A stretch of DNA of 64,000 nt, from NCBI GenBank assembly GCA_934234185.1, contig CAKQHO010000004.1:15576-79575 (forward strand), written 5' to 3'. Positions within the stretch are counted from its first letter, which is position 1; every line of letters starts with the position of its first letter. Made by a program: the position numbers and the translations under genes. This DNA is from an uncultured Psychrobacillus sp. (GTDB lineage: Bacteria; Bacillota; Bacilli; Bacillales_A; Planococcaceae). This document shows, one piece after another, positions 33,447 to 42,775 of this stretch. Below the pieces are notes generated by a model that saw only the letters and a program-made list of their open reading frames with translations, was not told the origin of the DNA and made no database searches.

Positions 33447-34110
33447 GGATTTATTTTACAAATATATTTAATCGATTAACGATTACTACCAATACGTGCG
33501 GTTTAGGACTGGTTACTTGCGATTGATGGGGGAATACTTGCGGTAGGATAGCGGTTACTTGCGGTTAGTGTAGAAATACGTGCGAAAGTGGTATTTCCTT
33601 CGATTGGTATAGCTGATAACTGGATTTATTTTACAGATTAATATTTATTATTAGGAGATAACTACCAATAAGTGCGGTTGAGGACTGTTTAGTTGCGATT
33701 GATGGGAGAATACTTGCGGTTGTGCGGAGTTTACTTGCGGTTAGGGCAGAAATAAGTGCGAAAGCGACATTTCCTTCAATTGGCGCAGCTGATAATTGGA
33801 TTTATTTTACAGATTAATATGACATTTTAGGAGACGACTACCAATACGTGCGGTTGAGGACTGGTTACTTGCGATTGATGAGCGAATACTTGCGGTTGTT
33901 CGGAGTTTACTTGCGGTTAGGGCAGAAATACGTGCGAAAGTGGTATTTCCTGCGATTGGCGTAGCTGCTAACTGGATTTATTTTACAGATTAATATTACA
34001 TATTAGGAGATAACTGCCAATACTAGCGGTTTGATATTGGTTACTTGCGGTTGTGCGGAGTTTACTTCGGGTTAAAGCAGAAATACTTTCGAAGACGGAC
34101 TTTCTTAGAT
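33447..34110 (+). repeat. 176-bp tandem repeat, ~3.7 copies, each unit built of ~22-bp TACTTGCG/TACGTGCG modules plus an AT-rich segment
   Basis: 'ggatttattttaca' recurs at 33447, 33622, 33798 and 33974 (periods 175/176/176). Inside each unit are accaatacgtgcggtt, ggttacttgcgattg, gaatacttgcggt, agtttacttgcggtt and aaatacgtgcgaaag. Confidence 0.9.
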
Positions 34111-34352
34111 GAAAAGAAAGTACTTTACTGAGTGAAATATTTTATTCATTATATTTTAACCTCCTCTTAATTTCCATGTAACTGTCCTGACATATAGAAA
34201 GTGTATAGTAAGGTATATAAATTGACCCCCTTTTTATATAGGTAAAATTTTGGACAGGCTGTTTCTTGGATAATAATCCTGAAGCAGCCTCTTTTTGTGC
34301 ATTTTATTGTATAATAAGTAGTAAGAATAGAGGAAAGTTGGAGTGACAATTC

Positions 34353-34850
34353 GTGCAAAGAATCGCTAATCTGCTTATATGTAAGGATAACCAAGTTCTT
34401 TTATTGAAAAAGCCGAGAAGAAATTGGTACGTTGCCCCAGGTGGAAAGATGGAGGAAGGCGAATCCATATTGATATCTGCTGTTCGGGAATTTACGGAGG
34501 AAACAAATGCAGTACCCATAGATCCACATCTTAAAGGAATTTACACAATGGTAATTGAAGAGAATGGTCTAAAAAAAGACGAGTGGATGTTGTTTACATT
34601 TGTCGCAAAGGATATAGAAGGTACCCCTTATGAAGAAAATAGAGAAGGTGTCCTAGAGTGGCATCCGGTAGAGGCGCTAGAACATTTACCGATGGCAGAA
34701 GGAGATCGGACGAATTTAATGTTTGCTGCAAAGGAATTAGGTATGCAGTATGGCACGTTTGTCTATACACCAGAATTTGATTTGATCAAGGAAACGATAC
34801 AACGATCATGGGAAGGAGAACTGAAAAGTGGAGACTCTGCAAAAGCTTGA
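34353..34850 (+). CDS. NUDIX hydrolase (YvcI-like)
   Basis: Nudix box '[23 protein letters not shown]'. GTG start. Synteny with yvcI upstream of rapZ. Confidence 0.85.
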   Translation: MQRIANLLICKDNQVLLLKKPRRNWYVAPGGKMEEGESILISAVREFTEETNAVPIDPHLKGIYTMVIEENGLKKDEWMLFTFVAKDIEGTPYEENREGVLEWHPVEALEHLPMAEGDRTNLMFAAKELGMQYGTFVYTPEFDLIKETIQRSWEGELKSGDSAKA

Positions 34851-35712
34851 TACGGAGGTTGTCATTATTACTGGCATGTCTGGAGCTGGCAAAACCGTTG
34901 CAATCCAGAGCTTTGAAGATTTAGGGTATTATTGTATTGATAATTTGCCTCCAGAGCTTTTGAGTACCTTTATCAAGCTCATGATTGATTCAAATAAACA
35001 ACCGAGAAATATTGCTGCTGTGATGGATTTACGAGGGGGAGAAATGTTCCATTCCTTAGTGGATTCCATTAACCAGCTACAAGAGGAGAGTACGGTGACT
35101 CCTAAAGTGTTATTCTTAGATGCGCAGGACGAGGTGCTCGTAAGAAGATACAAGGAAACAAGACGATCCCATCCACTAGCCAATTCCGGGCGTCCGTTAG
35201 ATGGTATTAAGAAAGAAAGAGAGCTGCTTTCCGAGTTAAAGGGAAGAGCCCAGGTTATTTATAATACCTCTCAGATAAAGCCACGCGAGCTACGAGAAAA
35301 AATCCAAGAGGAATTTATGACACAAGGGAAAAAAGTATTTACCGTAAATGTCATGTCGTTTGGATTTAAGCATGGTATTCCGATTGATGCTGATCTTGTA
35401 TTTGATGTGCGGTTTTTACCAAACCCTTTCTATATTGAGGAGCTTAAACTGAAATCAGGCCTTGACGAAGAAGTTTCCGGCTATGTATTAAAATGGGCAG
35501 ATACGAAAACGCTGATTGAAAAGCTGACAGATTTATTCCAGTTTATGATTCCCCAATATAAACGGGAAGGAAAAACCCAACTAGTCATTGCATTTGGCTG
35601 CACAGGTGGTCAACATCGCTCTGTCACGTTAGCAGAGTATTTTGGCAAGCTATTAAAGGAAGATGATCAGACTGTCATCACGCATAGAGATGTCACGATC
35701 AGGAAGGAATAA
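34828..35712 (+). CDS. rapZ: RNase adapter protein RapZ (YvcJ)
   Basis: Walker A 'GMSGAGKT' and C-terminal '[10 protein letters not shown]'. Confidence 0.92.
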   Translation: METLQKLDTEVVIITGMSGAGKTVAIQSFEDLGYYCIDNLPPELLSTFIKLMIDSNKQPRNIAAVMDLRGGEMFHSLVDSINQLQEESTVTPKVLFLDAQDEVLVRRYKETRRSHPLANSGRPLDGIKKERELLSELKGRAQVIYNTSQIKPRELREKIQEEFMTQGKKVFTVNVMSFGFKHGIPIDADLVFDVRFLPNPFYIEELKLKSGLDEEVSGYVLKWADTKTLIEKLTDLFQFMIPQYKREGKTQLVIAFGCTGGQHRSVTLAEYFGKLLKEDDQTVITHRDVTIRKE

Positions 35713-35716
35713 CTAG

Positions 35717-36715
35717 ATGCATCGTTCAAATAAGCGTAAAAAAATAGTCATCATTGGCGGTGGTACTGGCTTATCTACTTTACTTCGTGGATTAAAAAAG
35801 CTACCTCTCGATATTACCGCAATCGTCACAGTAGCTGATGACGGTGGTAGCTCTGGCCGCTTACGTGATGATTATGAAATCCCGCCACCTGGCGATGTCC
35901 GAAACGTGCTTGCTGCGCTTTCTGATGTAGAGCCACTGGTTGAGGAAATGTTTCAGTTTCGTTTTACACACTCAGCTGAGCTAGAGGGACATACGCTAGG
36001 GAATCTAATGATTACTGCACTGACCTCTATCACAGGAGATTTTGCACATGCTATTACAGAAATGAGCAAGGTGCTCAAAATTCATGGTAAGGTATTGCCG
36101 GCAGCCAATCAGCTAGTTACATTGAATGCACAATATGAGGATAAAACAATCATTAGTGGGGAATCTAAAATACCTACCTACGGCAAGAAGATTGAAAAGG
36201 TTTTTATTACACCAGAGGATGTTAAGCCATTACCGGAAACAATTGCCAGCATTCGTCAAGCCGATATAATCGCAATCGGTCCTGGAAGCCTATATACTAG
36301 TATATTGCCAAATCTATTAGTAGAAGATATCAGACGAGCTGTTATGCAATCGAATGCCAAAAAGGTGTACATCTGCAATCTGATGACACAGGCTGGAGAA
36401 ACAAATAATTACACAGCATGCGATCATGTGGAAGCATTGATTCAGCATGTTGGTCAAAATTTCCTTGATAGCATTCTGATAAGCAATGAAGAGGTTCCGG
36501 AGAACGTGCAGTTTTTATATAAACAGGAAAAAGCATCTCCTGTAAGAATTGATATAGAGAAATTAGAAACGCTTCAAATAGAAATTGTGAAAAAAGACAT
36601 TTCTGTGGTTTACAATGGAGCAGTTCGCCATGATGCTACAAAGGTTGCAAATTGGCTAATGGAATACGCAAATACACAGGCAGACACGAATCCTAAAGAA
36701 GGCAATCTCGTGTAA
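35717..36715 (+). CDS. yvcK: gluconeogenesis factor YvcK (UPF0052 / CofD-like)
   Basis: 'IGGGTGLSTLLRGLK', 'VTVADDGGSSGRLR', 'GPGSLYTSILPNLL'. Confidence 0.9.
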   Translation: MHRSNKRKKIVIIGGGTGLSTLLRGLKKLPLDITAIVTVADDGGSSGRLRDDYEIPPPGDVRNVLAALSDVEPLVEEMFQFRFTHSAELEGHTLGNLMITALTSITGDFAHAITEMSKVLKIHGKVLPAANQLVTLNAQYEDKTIISGESKIPTYGKKIEKVFITPEDVKPLPETIASIRQADIIAIGPGSLYTSILPNLLVEDIRRAVMQSNAKKVYICNLMTQAGETNNYTACDHVEALIQHVGQNFLDSILISNEEVPENVQFLYKQEKASPVRIDIEKLETLQIEIVKKDISVVYNGAVRHDATKVANWLMEYANTQADTNPKEGNLV

Positions 36716-36742
36716 TGCCCAGGAGAAAGGGGGAAACGGATC

Positions 36743-37684
36743 ATGTCGTTTGCTTCTGAGACAAAAAAAGAAATGACACAGGAGGAATCTAAGCCCTGCT
36801 GTGCTAAGTCTGAGCTTTCTGCATTAATTCGGATGAATGGTTCCTTATCTTTTAGCAATAAAATGCTAAGTTTAGACGTTCAAACAGAGAATGCTGCTAT
36901 CGCAAGAAGATTATATACATTGATTAAAACTATTTATAAATATGACGTTGAGCTGCTTGTTCGTAAAAAAATGCGTTTAAAGAAAAACAACGTATACATC
37001 TGTCGTATAAGAGATGGAGCCAAGCACTTACTGGAAGACCTACTGATTTTAAAAGAAGGCTTTGAATTTGAATATTCCATTGCTCCAGAGCTCATCAAGA
37101 AAAATTGCTGTAAGCGTGCATATCTGAGAGGTGCCTTTTTAGCAGGAGGCTCAGTGAACAACCCAGAAACCTCTTCCTACCATTTAGAGATATACTCCCT
37201 TTATAAAACGCACAGTGATGCATTGGTAGATGTGATGAATAAATTCGAATTAAATGCAAAGACCATTGAACGTAAAAAGGGTTTTGTGGCATATTTAAAG
37301 GAAGCAGAGAAAATATCCGATTTTTTAAGTATTGCTGGTGCTCACCAAGCTCTGTTAAAATTCGAGGATGTTCGTATTATACGAGATATGCGAAATAGCG
37401 TAAACCGATTGGTCAATTGTGAAACAGCCAATCTGAACAAGACCATTAGTGCTGCTATTCGCCAAGTAGAAAATATACGATTTATCGAAAATACAATCGG
37501 CTTGGACCAGCTTCCAGAAAAATTAAAGGAAATTGCTCGCTTACGTGTAGAATACCAAGATGTTACACTAAAAGAACTAGGTGATATGGTATCTACGGGT
37601 ACCGTAAGTAAATCGGGTGTCAACCATCGTCTAAGAAAATTAGATGAAATTGCAGATGCTCTACGCAGAGGAGAAACCATTTAG
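36743..37684 (+). CDS. whiA: sporulation/cell-division regulator WhiA
   Basis: '[17 protein letters not shown]', LAGLIDADG-like middle domain, and C-terminal HTH '[12 protein letters not shown]'. Confidence 0.92.
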   Translation: MSFASETKKEMTQEESKPCCAKSELSALIRMNGSLSFSNKMLSLDVQTENAAIARRLYTLIKTIYKYDVELLVRKKMRLKKNNVYICRIRDGAKHLLEDLLILKEGFEFEYSIAPELIKKNCCKRAYLRGAFLAGGSVNNPETSSYHLEIYSLYKTHSDALVDVMNKFELNAKTIERKKGFVAYLKEAEKISDFLSIAGAHQALLKFEDVRIIRDMRNSVNRLVNCETANLNKTISAAIRQVENIRFIENTIGLDQLPEKLKEIARLRVEYQDVTLKELGDMVSTGTVSKSGVNHRLRKLDEIADALRRGETI

Positions 37685-37704
37685 AGAAAGAGGCTGATAG
37701 GATA

Positions 37705-37962
37705 ATGATGGAGCAACAGGTGGAGGTAAAATTACAATCAGGTTTACAAGCAAGACAAGCTGCACTTTTCGTTCAAGAGGCTAACCGCTATATTGCGGAC
37801 GTTTTCCTTGAAAAAGACGATAAAAAAGTAAACGCCAAAAGTATTATGGGTATTATGAGCCTAGCAATCGGCAAAGGCGCAACCATAACCCTAAGCGCAG
37901 AAGGCTCCGACGAGGATGAAGCAGTAGAAGCCCTGGCAAAATTCATTACAAATAAAGACTAA
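37705..37962 (+). CDS. crh: HPr-like catabolite repression protein Crh
   Basis: Near-collinear with B. subtilis Crh ('VEVKLQSGLQARQAALFVQEANR...KKVNAKSIMGIMSL'). Gln replaces the HPr His15 position, and Ser46 is retained. Confidence 0.9.
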   Translation: MMEQQVEVKLQSGLQARQAALFVQEANRYIADVFLEKDDKKVNAKSIMGIMSLAIGKGATITLSAEGSDEDEAVEALAKFITNKD

Positions 37963-37967
37963 TTCTT

Positions 37968-38000
37968 AGCTGTCCCTTCCATAGAGGACAGCTTTTTTCT
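37968..38000 (+). terminator. rho-independent terminator of crh
   Basis: AGCTGTCC ... GGACAGCT stem followed by T6. Confidence 0.8.
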
Positions 38001-38081
38001 TTTTAAGGCATGCTTCGTTAGTTCGTGCTCCTAAATTGTATGGTTTCTTAGGCTAAGACAAGATCAATCTTAAAAACAAAT

Positions 38082-38108
38082 AAAAAACCCAAGAGATTTC
38101 TCTCTTGG
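38082..38108 (-). terminator. rho-independent terminator of clpP
   Basis: CCAAGAGA-TTTC-TCTCTTGG stem with an A6 run on the plus strand (T6 on the minus strand), just after the clpP stop. Confidence 0.8.
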
Positions 38109-38121
38109 ATTCATTCAACTA

Positions 38122-38715
38122 TTATTTTTTTATATCATTGCGTTCCAAAATTTTATCAATTAGACCGTATTCTTTCGCACGCTCTGCAGTCATGAAGTTA
38201 TCGCGGTCTGTGTCTCTCGAAACGATTTCGATTGGTTGACCAGTGCTTTCTGCCATGATGTGGTTTAATTTGTCACGTAGGAACAAGATGCGTTTTGCAG
38301 CGATCTCGATTTCTGTTGCTTGCCCTTGTGCTCCGCCAAGTGGTTGATGAATCATAACCTCTGCGTTAGGAAGTGCGTAGCGTTTTCCTTTTGCTCCAGC
38401 AGTTAGAAGGAATGCACCCATGGATGCAGCCATACCGATACAAATTGTTTGTACATCTGGCTTGATGAATTGCATAGTGTCATAGATTGCCATACCAGCA
38501 GTTATACTTCCGCCAGGGCTGTTGATGTAGATAGAGATATCCTTTTCTGGATCCTCTGCTTCTAGGAATAATAATTGAGCAACGATAGAGTTAGCCACGT
38601 TGTCATCAATTGCGCTTCCTAGCATGATAATACGATCTTTTAATAATCGTGAGTAGATGTCGTAGGCACGTTCTCCACGATTTGTTTGTTCAATAACTGT
38701 AGGTATTAAATTCAT
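38122..38715 (-). CDS. clpP: ATP-dependent Clp protease proteolytic subunit
   Basis: '[34 protein letters not shown]', catalytic '[11 protein letters not shown]', 'MIHQPLGG'. Confidence 0.98.
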   Translation of the reverse strand: MNLIPTVIEQTNRGERAYDIYSRLLKDRIIMLGSAIDDNVANSIVAQLLFLEAEDPEKDISIYINSPGGSITAGMAIYDTMQFIKPDVQTICIGMAASMGAFLLTAGAKGKRYALPNAEVMIHQPLGGAQGQATEIEIAAKRILFLRDKLNHIMAESTGQPIEIVSRDTDRDNFMTAERAKEYGLIDKILERNDIKK

Positions 38716-38794
38716 CCTGTTTTGCCTCCTTAAAGGTGGTTATAGATTTGCTTGCTAAGTTATTCCTTAGCTGTAACTTTATCATACACATAAT

Positions 38795-38811
38795 GGTCAA
38801 GGAAGGTCAAA
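38795..38811. promoter_or_regulatory. CtsR operator upstream of clpP
   Basis: GGTCAAGGAAGGTCAAA matches the tandem heptad consensus (A/G)GTCAAA-NAN-(A/G)GTCAAA. It lies 80-96 nt upstream of the clpP start. Confidence 0.8.
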
Positions 38812-38832
38812 TATTAAGCTTGAAAAAGTCCC

Positions 38833-38861
38833 TTGAATTAATTTCTATACATTTGTATAAT
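38833..38861 (+). promoter_or_regulatory. strong sigma-A promoter, presumably the native tRNA-Arg promoter, now separated from the intact tRNA
   Basis: TTGAAT, 17-nt spacer, consensus TATAAT. It ends 13 nt before the 26-nt tRNA 5' fragment at attL. Confidence 0.65.
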
Positions 38862-38871
38862 AGTAAAGTCT

Positions 38872-38900
38872 CTTGCCCCTGTAGTTTAATGGATATGACG
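38872..38900 (+). repeat. attL core: 29-bp direct repeat containing the first 26 nt of tRNA-Arg (truncated copy)
   Basis: cttgcccctgtagtttaatggatatgacg is identical to 60952-60980. The sequences diverge immediately on both sides. Confidence 0.9.
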
Positions 38901-38936
38901 CGGCAAGATTGCGATGGGCAATCGCTATAAAACCGG

Positions 38937-39036
38937 TCGTACTGCGATAGCGCAGCGATACCTACGTAGTATTCTTTCGCTTAAAATACTACGTAAGAAT
39001 ATGACGTAACCTCCAATACCTCCGTTGATTCGCGTA
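38937..39036. repeat. left-arm repeat cluster (candidate arm-type recombinase/RDF binding sites)
   Basis: tcgtactgcgatagcgca (38937-38954) and atactacgtaagaatatgacgtaa (38986-39009) recur at 60801-60818 and 60777-60800. There is an internal palindrome, tacgtagtatt (38963-38973) / aatactacgta (38985-38995). aatacctccgttgattcgcgta (39015-39036) is inverted relative to 60870-60890. Confidence 0.75.
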
Positions 39037-40029
39037 ATAACGAATTGGACGGGGGTTTTTATATTGTCACGAAAATCAATACAGAAGTCGTTGGTAAACG
39101 AAATCAATAGGGCGGTAGGAAGAGAAGATAAGGTGAGTGCCGTTTCCTTTGTGGATGCCATTGATACGTTTATTAATAACGGAGAAATAAAAGGACTCTC
39201 TGAACGTACATTATTCACTTATAACCACGAATTAAAACGTCTAAACTTGCATTTTATTAAAAACGGTGTAGACACGTCGGACATACTTAATATTCGGGAG
39301 TCACATTACGAACAGTTTGTAACTGATTTGCTTAAAGCAGGGTACGCGAGAACTACGATAGGTATGCGTCTTCAGACGGCCAAGATTCTTGGGAACTTTT
39401 GTGTCCGTAAGGGTTATATACCTAAGAATTACGCGGCGGAGGTGCCATCATTAAAGGTGAGAAAAAAGGTTGGCGATACTTTTACAAAGTCGCAACTTAA
39501 GCGTATCTTGGCTTCTCCTGATGTTACTACCTTTGAAGGTTTACGTGACTTAACGATGATGTTGGTATTTTCTGATACAGGCATTCGGTTGAGCGAATTG
39601 CAAGCCATCAAAATTAAAGATATTGTATTCTCTGACAATGCTTTAAATGTTCAACGTACAAAGAACGGCTATGCCCGGCGTATTCCACTTACAAAGCGTT
39701 TAGGAGACGTTTTAAGGCTCTATCTACAAGTCAGAGGTGTGGAAGATGCAAATGACTTACTCTTTGTTAAATCGGATAATACGGGCATTTCTCAAGTGAC
39801 TATACAGTTTCAGATACGTGAACATGGACGTAGAAGCGGTGTTATTAAACAAGTCCAATGTAGCCCTCACGTATTCCGTAGAACATTTGCTAAGTTTAAG
39901 ATACAGGCAGGGGTAGACATATTTACTTTACAAGCACTAATGGGTCACAGTGACATAGGAGAGTTGCGTAATTACGTCGCTGTTTATTCTACTGATTTAG
40001 ATGCCGCGATAGAAAAGGGGATAGATTAA
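39025..40029 (+). CDS. tyrosine recombinase / integrase (Int1)
   Basis: Catalytic signature 'TGIRLSE' (Arg), 'HVFRRTFA' (HxxR), 'LMGHSD' (His), 'RNYVAVY' (Tyr). Adjacent to attL. The true start is uncertain; GTG at 39133 follows AGGAAGAG. Confidence 0.88.
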   Translation: MIRVITNWTGVFILSRKSIQKSLVNEINRAVGREDKVSAVSFVDAIDTFINNGEIKGLSERTLFTYNHELKRLNLHFIKNGVDTSDILNIRESHYEQFVTDLLKAGYARTTIGMRLQTAKILGNFCVRKGYIPKNYAAEVPSLKVRKKVGDTFTKSQLKRILASPDVTTFEGLRDLTMMLVFSDTGIRLSELQAIKIKDIVFSDNALNVQRTKNGYARRIPLTKRLGDVLRLYLQVRGVEDANDLLFVKSDNTGISQVTIQFQIREHGRRSGVIKQVQCSPHVFRRTFAKFKIQAGVDIFTLQALMGHSDIGELRNYVAVYSTDLDAAIEKGID

Positions 40030-40111
40030 TTTAGATTCAAAATAAAAGAAAATTTTAAAATGAGCTTGGATATAATTTTTCAAGCTCATTTTTATATGCT
40101 TTTATAGGAGC

Positions 40112-40348
40112 TCACTTTTTCAAATTTTTTATTATATCTTCATTCCACATTAAAAATTGCCAGGTGCGTTTAGCGTATCCTCCATATCCATTATCTTTTT
40201 GGCTTATTTCAGCAAATTGCTTGCCTAATTCTGTTAAAACCCACTTACCTGGTTCGCCGTTGATGTAACCATTTTCTTTCAATAACAAGTTTACCTCTCT
40301 TGATGTAATACCTAAAACTGTTCCAAGCATCTTGGCAGACATATTCAT
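40112..40348 (-). CDS. small DNA-binding-like protein (regulator or excisionase candidate)
   Basis: ATG at 40348 follows AGAGGAGGG. HTH-like 'SAKMLGTVLGITSREVNLLLKE'. AT-rich patch, second gene of a two-gene minus-strand operon. Confidence 0.5.
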   Translation of the reverse strand: MNMSAKMLGTVLGITSREVNLLLKENGYINGEPGKWVLTELGKQFAEISQKDNGYGGYAKRTWQFLMWNEDIIKNLKK

Positions 40349-40410
40349 GTATTTCCCTCCTCTTCTAAATTTGCAGTACTCAAGCTTCAATTTAAAATAG
40401 CTGATTTCTC

Positions 40411-40644
40411 TTATTCTACGATAAAAATATCCTCGACTGCATACTTCTTAGGGCGTTCCTTTTCGATACTGATTTGATTTAAGACGGAGAGAATGGAAAC
40501 GATATTTCCTAAACTGATTGATTTGCTACTGCCATTCACCATGTCTCTTATAGTTCCTGGACGGATCTTCGATTCTACTGCTAATTTGTTAATCGTTATA
40601 TCGAGTTCTTTTAGCGTATGTCCTAAAGTGAATTTAACTTCCAT
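40411..40644 (-). CDS. XRE-family HTH regulator
   Basis: ATG at 40644 follows AGGGAGG. 'LKELDITINKLAVESKIRPGTIRDMVNGSSKSISLGNI' has the Cro/C1-type HTH pattern. Confidence 0.65.
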   Translation of the reverse strand: MEVKFTLGHTLKELDITINKLAVESKIRPGTIRDMVNGSSKSISLGNIVSILSVLNQISIEKERPKKYAVEDIFIVE

Positions 40645-40917
40645 CCCCGTTACCTCCCTATTTATTTCCATTATAGCGTATGGACAAGCTAAATAAATAT
40701 GACGAAAATTGTAATACTTTTAAAGTAGTACGAATAAAGTACGATATAAACAATTCCAGATGACGGTCCTGTTCGATTTCTACGTTGGAATCGGATTAGG
40801 TAACGGTTAATACTTACCTATACAACGCCTGCAACACGATTTTTCTACTTCCAGTTAGGCGCAACTCTTACTACGTAAGATAACCGTCTGTGGCGATAAC
40901 TTTAAGGAGGGGTATCG

Positions 40918-42279
40918 ATGTTATTCGAGGTGATAACGACTTCACTTATGGGAGGGATAGCGCTAAATGCGTTTGTGAAAAGGAAGGGATTAGTTACGAA
41001 TGATTCGGGGAAAATTCAGCGGATCATTTCACTTAGCGGATTAAACGTTCGCGATGGGAAAGACGTACTCACTACGCAACTTATACGTAAAAAGCAATAC
41101 GAGTGGGGCTGGGAGTATTCTTATCGCATCCCGTTAGGGCGTAGCTACGAGGACTATCTCGCTAAACAGCGCGTCCTCGAGGATGGACTAAACAATCGAC
41201 GCCAGCGGATAACATTTGCGGACTTGAAGGCGTTGCAGCTAGACGGCAATATCATCGAGAATTTAAAAAACTTATGGACTAATAAGTTGACTGAACGGAA
41301 GGAAATCGAGATTATATTCGATGGATTGCTTAAAATACGCGTCTATAACGAGCCATTACCTTCGGAGGTGCCGTATGTACCTGGCGCTAATTGGAGCGTA
41401 CCTATTGGCGTTACTCGCGATAGGAATACGTTTAAATTCCACGACTTCGAGCGTATTCCTCATGTGGTCTTAGGTGGCGCTACTAGATACGGTAAATCAA
41501 ACTTTATCAATACGATGATTACGAGCTTGCTGCAGAGTAATCCCGATCATTTACGTTTACATCTTATCGATTTAAAGGGCGGTGTAGAGTTATGCGATTA
41601 CGAGAACATACAACAGACGGTATCTATTGCTTACGAGCCGGAAGAAGCCTTAAATACTCTACGCACTGCCTACGAGGAAATGAGGGAGTTACAGATGCGT
41701 TTACGTGTACTAGGGAAGAAGAACGTCCAGGAGGCAGGTATTAAGGAACGCCATTTCGTGATTATCGACGAAGTTGGCGAACTAAATCCGAGTGAAGCGG
41801 TAACTCGTGAGGAAAAATCTCTTAAACTTGAATGTCAGACGTTAATGAGTCAGATTGCTAGATTAGGCGCAGGATTAGGCTTCAGACAGATTCTTGCTAC
41901 GCAATATCCGACTGGCGATTGTATACCGCGTCAGTGTAAGCAAAATAGCGATGCGAAGATAGCTTTTCGAGTACAATCGGCTACTGCGTCAAGGGTCGTA
42001 TTAGACGAAAGTGGTGCCGAGTTATTGCCGCAAATTAAAGGTCGTGCTATCTATCAAACGGCTGATAAGCGAGAGATACTGCAAACGCCTCTTATTACTA
42101 CCGAGATTATTCAAGGAACGATTAGGCCTTACATCGCAGAGAAGGAGGCTAAGGCGATTGATAAAGAAATCACTAGACCAACGCGACGAGAAGATACTGC
42201 TGGCGCTCAAAAAGTGGGACTTTCTAACGCGGGACCAGTTACAGACGTACTTCAAGTTAGGTTCGATACGGAATACTAA
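40918..42279 (+). CDS. FtsK/SpoIIIE-family DNA-translocase / coupling-protein-like ATPase
   Basis: N-terminal TM ('LFEVITTSLMGGIALNAFV'), Walker A 'GGATRYGKSN', Walker B 'HFVIIDEVGEL', 'ILATQYP' (the FtsK ATQRP-like motif). Strong RBS AAGGAGGGG. Confidence 0.85.
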   Translation: MLFEVITTSLMGGIALNAFVKRKGLVTNDSGKIQRIISLSGLNVRDGKDVLTTQLIRKKQYEWGWEYSYRIPLGRSYEDYLAKQRVLEDGLNNRRQRITFADLKALQLDGNIIENLKNLWTNKLTERKEIEIIFDGLLKIRVYNEPLPSEVPYVPGANWSVPIGVTRDRNTFKFHDFERIPHVVLGGATRYGKSNFINTMITSLLQSNPDHLRLHLIDLKGGVELCDYENIQQTVSIAYEPEEALNTLRTAYEEMRELQMRLRVLGKKNVQEAGIKERHFVIIDEVGELNPSEAVTREEKSLKLECQTLMSQIARLGAGLGFRQILATQYPTGDCIPRQCKQNSDAKIAFRVQSATASRVVLDESGAELLPQIKGRAIYQTADKREILQTPLITTEIIQGTIRPYIAEKEAKAIDKEITRPTRREDTAGAQKVGLSNAGPVTDVLQVRFDTEY

Positions 42280-42760
42280 TAGAGTCCTAAAGGAGCTATC
42301 ACCGTATCTTTTATCGATTCGAGACGGCTATCAGACGATTTATTATCTAAATAACGAGGGTAGAGCTTATGTCGATTGCTCTAAAATCCGCAAGAAAGCA
42401 TCCAACGTAAAACATACCGTCATGCGTAACCAGTTCTGGCTACATAACGGCTGTCCTCCCGACTGGAAGAACGAAGTTAAAGTCACGGATGGGAAGGTTA
42501 AAGCGGTAGTAGATGCGATGTTTACGAAGAGTTTGCAAACGCATTTCCTCGAAGTGGACCACGCACAGATCATGCGAGAGAATAGGGCGAAGATAGGGCG
42601 ATTTAAGGAGTTTTACGAGCGAGGTCTTATCGAAAAGACGCTTGGACACTTTCCAATCGTTGTGTGGCTTACCACAACGGAACATAGGCGTAGACAATTG
42701 GAGGAAGCGTCGAAGGTCTTGCCGCGCTTTAGAGTATACACGTTAGAGGATTTACGATAA
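42158..42760 (+). CDS. replication-relaxation family protein (relaxase/replication-initiator-like)
   Basis: N-terminal 'RDEKILLALKKWDFLTRDQLQTYF' is a winged-helix pattern typical of that family. The TTG start at 42158, 9 nt after GAAGGAGG, is inferred. The ORF-track start at 42011 would add 49 aa inside the FtsK-like gene. Confidence 0.6.
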   Translation: MIKKSLDQRDEKILLALKKWDFLTRDQLQTYFKLGSIRNTNRVLKELSPYLLSIRDGYQTIYYLNNEGRAYVDCSKIRKKASNVKHTVMRNQFWLHNGCPPDWKNEVKVTDGKVKAVVDAMFTKSLQTHFLEVDHAQIMRENRAKIGRFKEFYERGLIEKTLGHFPIVVWLTTTEHRRRQLEEASKVLPRFRVYTLEDLR

Positions 42761-42775
42761 AAGGGAGGAAATCGA

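Noticed and set aside
42011-42157. ORF-track start (42011) for the replication-relaxation gene.
   Set aside because: It would add 49 aa encoded entirely inside the FtsK-like gene with no RBS. TTG at 42158, after GAAGGAGG, fits the family's usual N-terminus. The start remains unverified.
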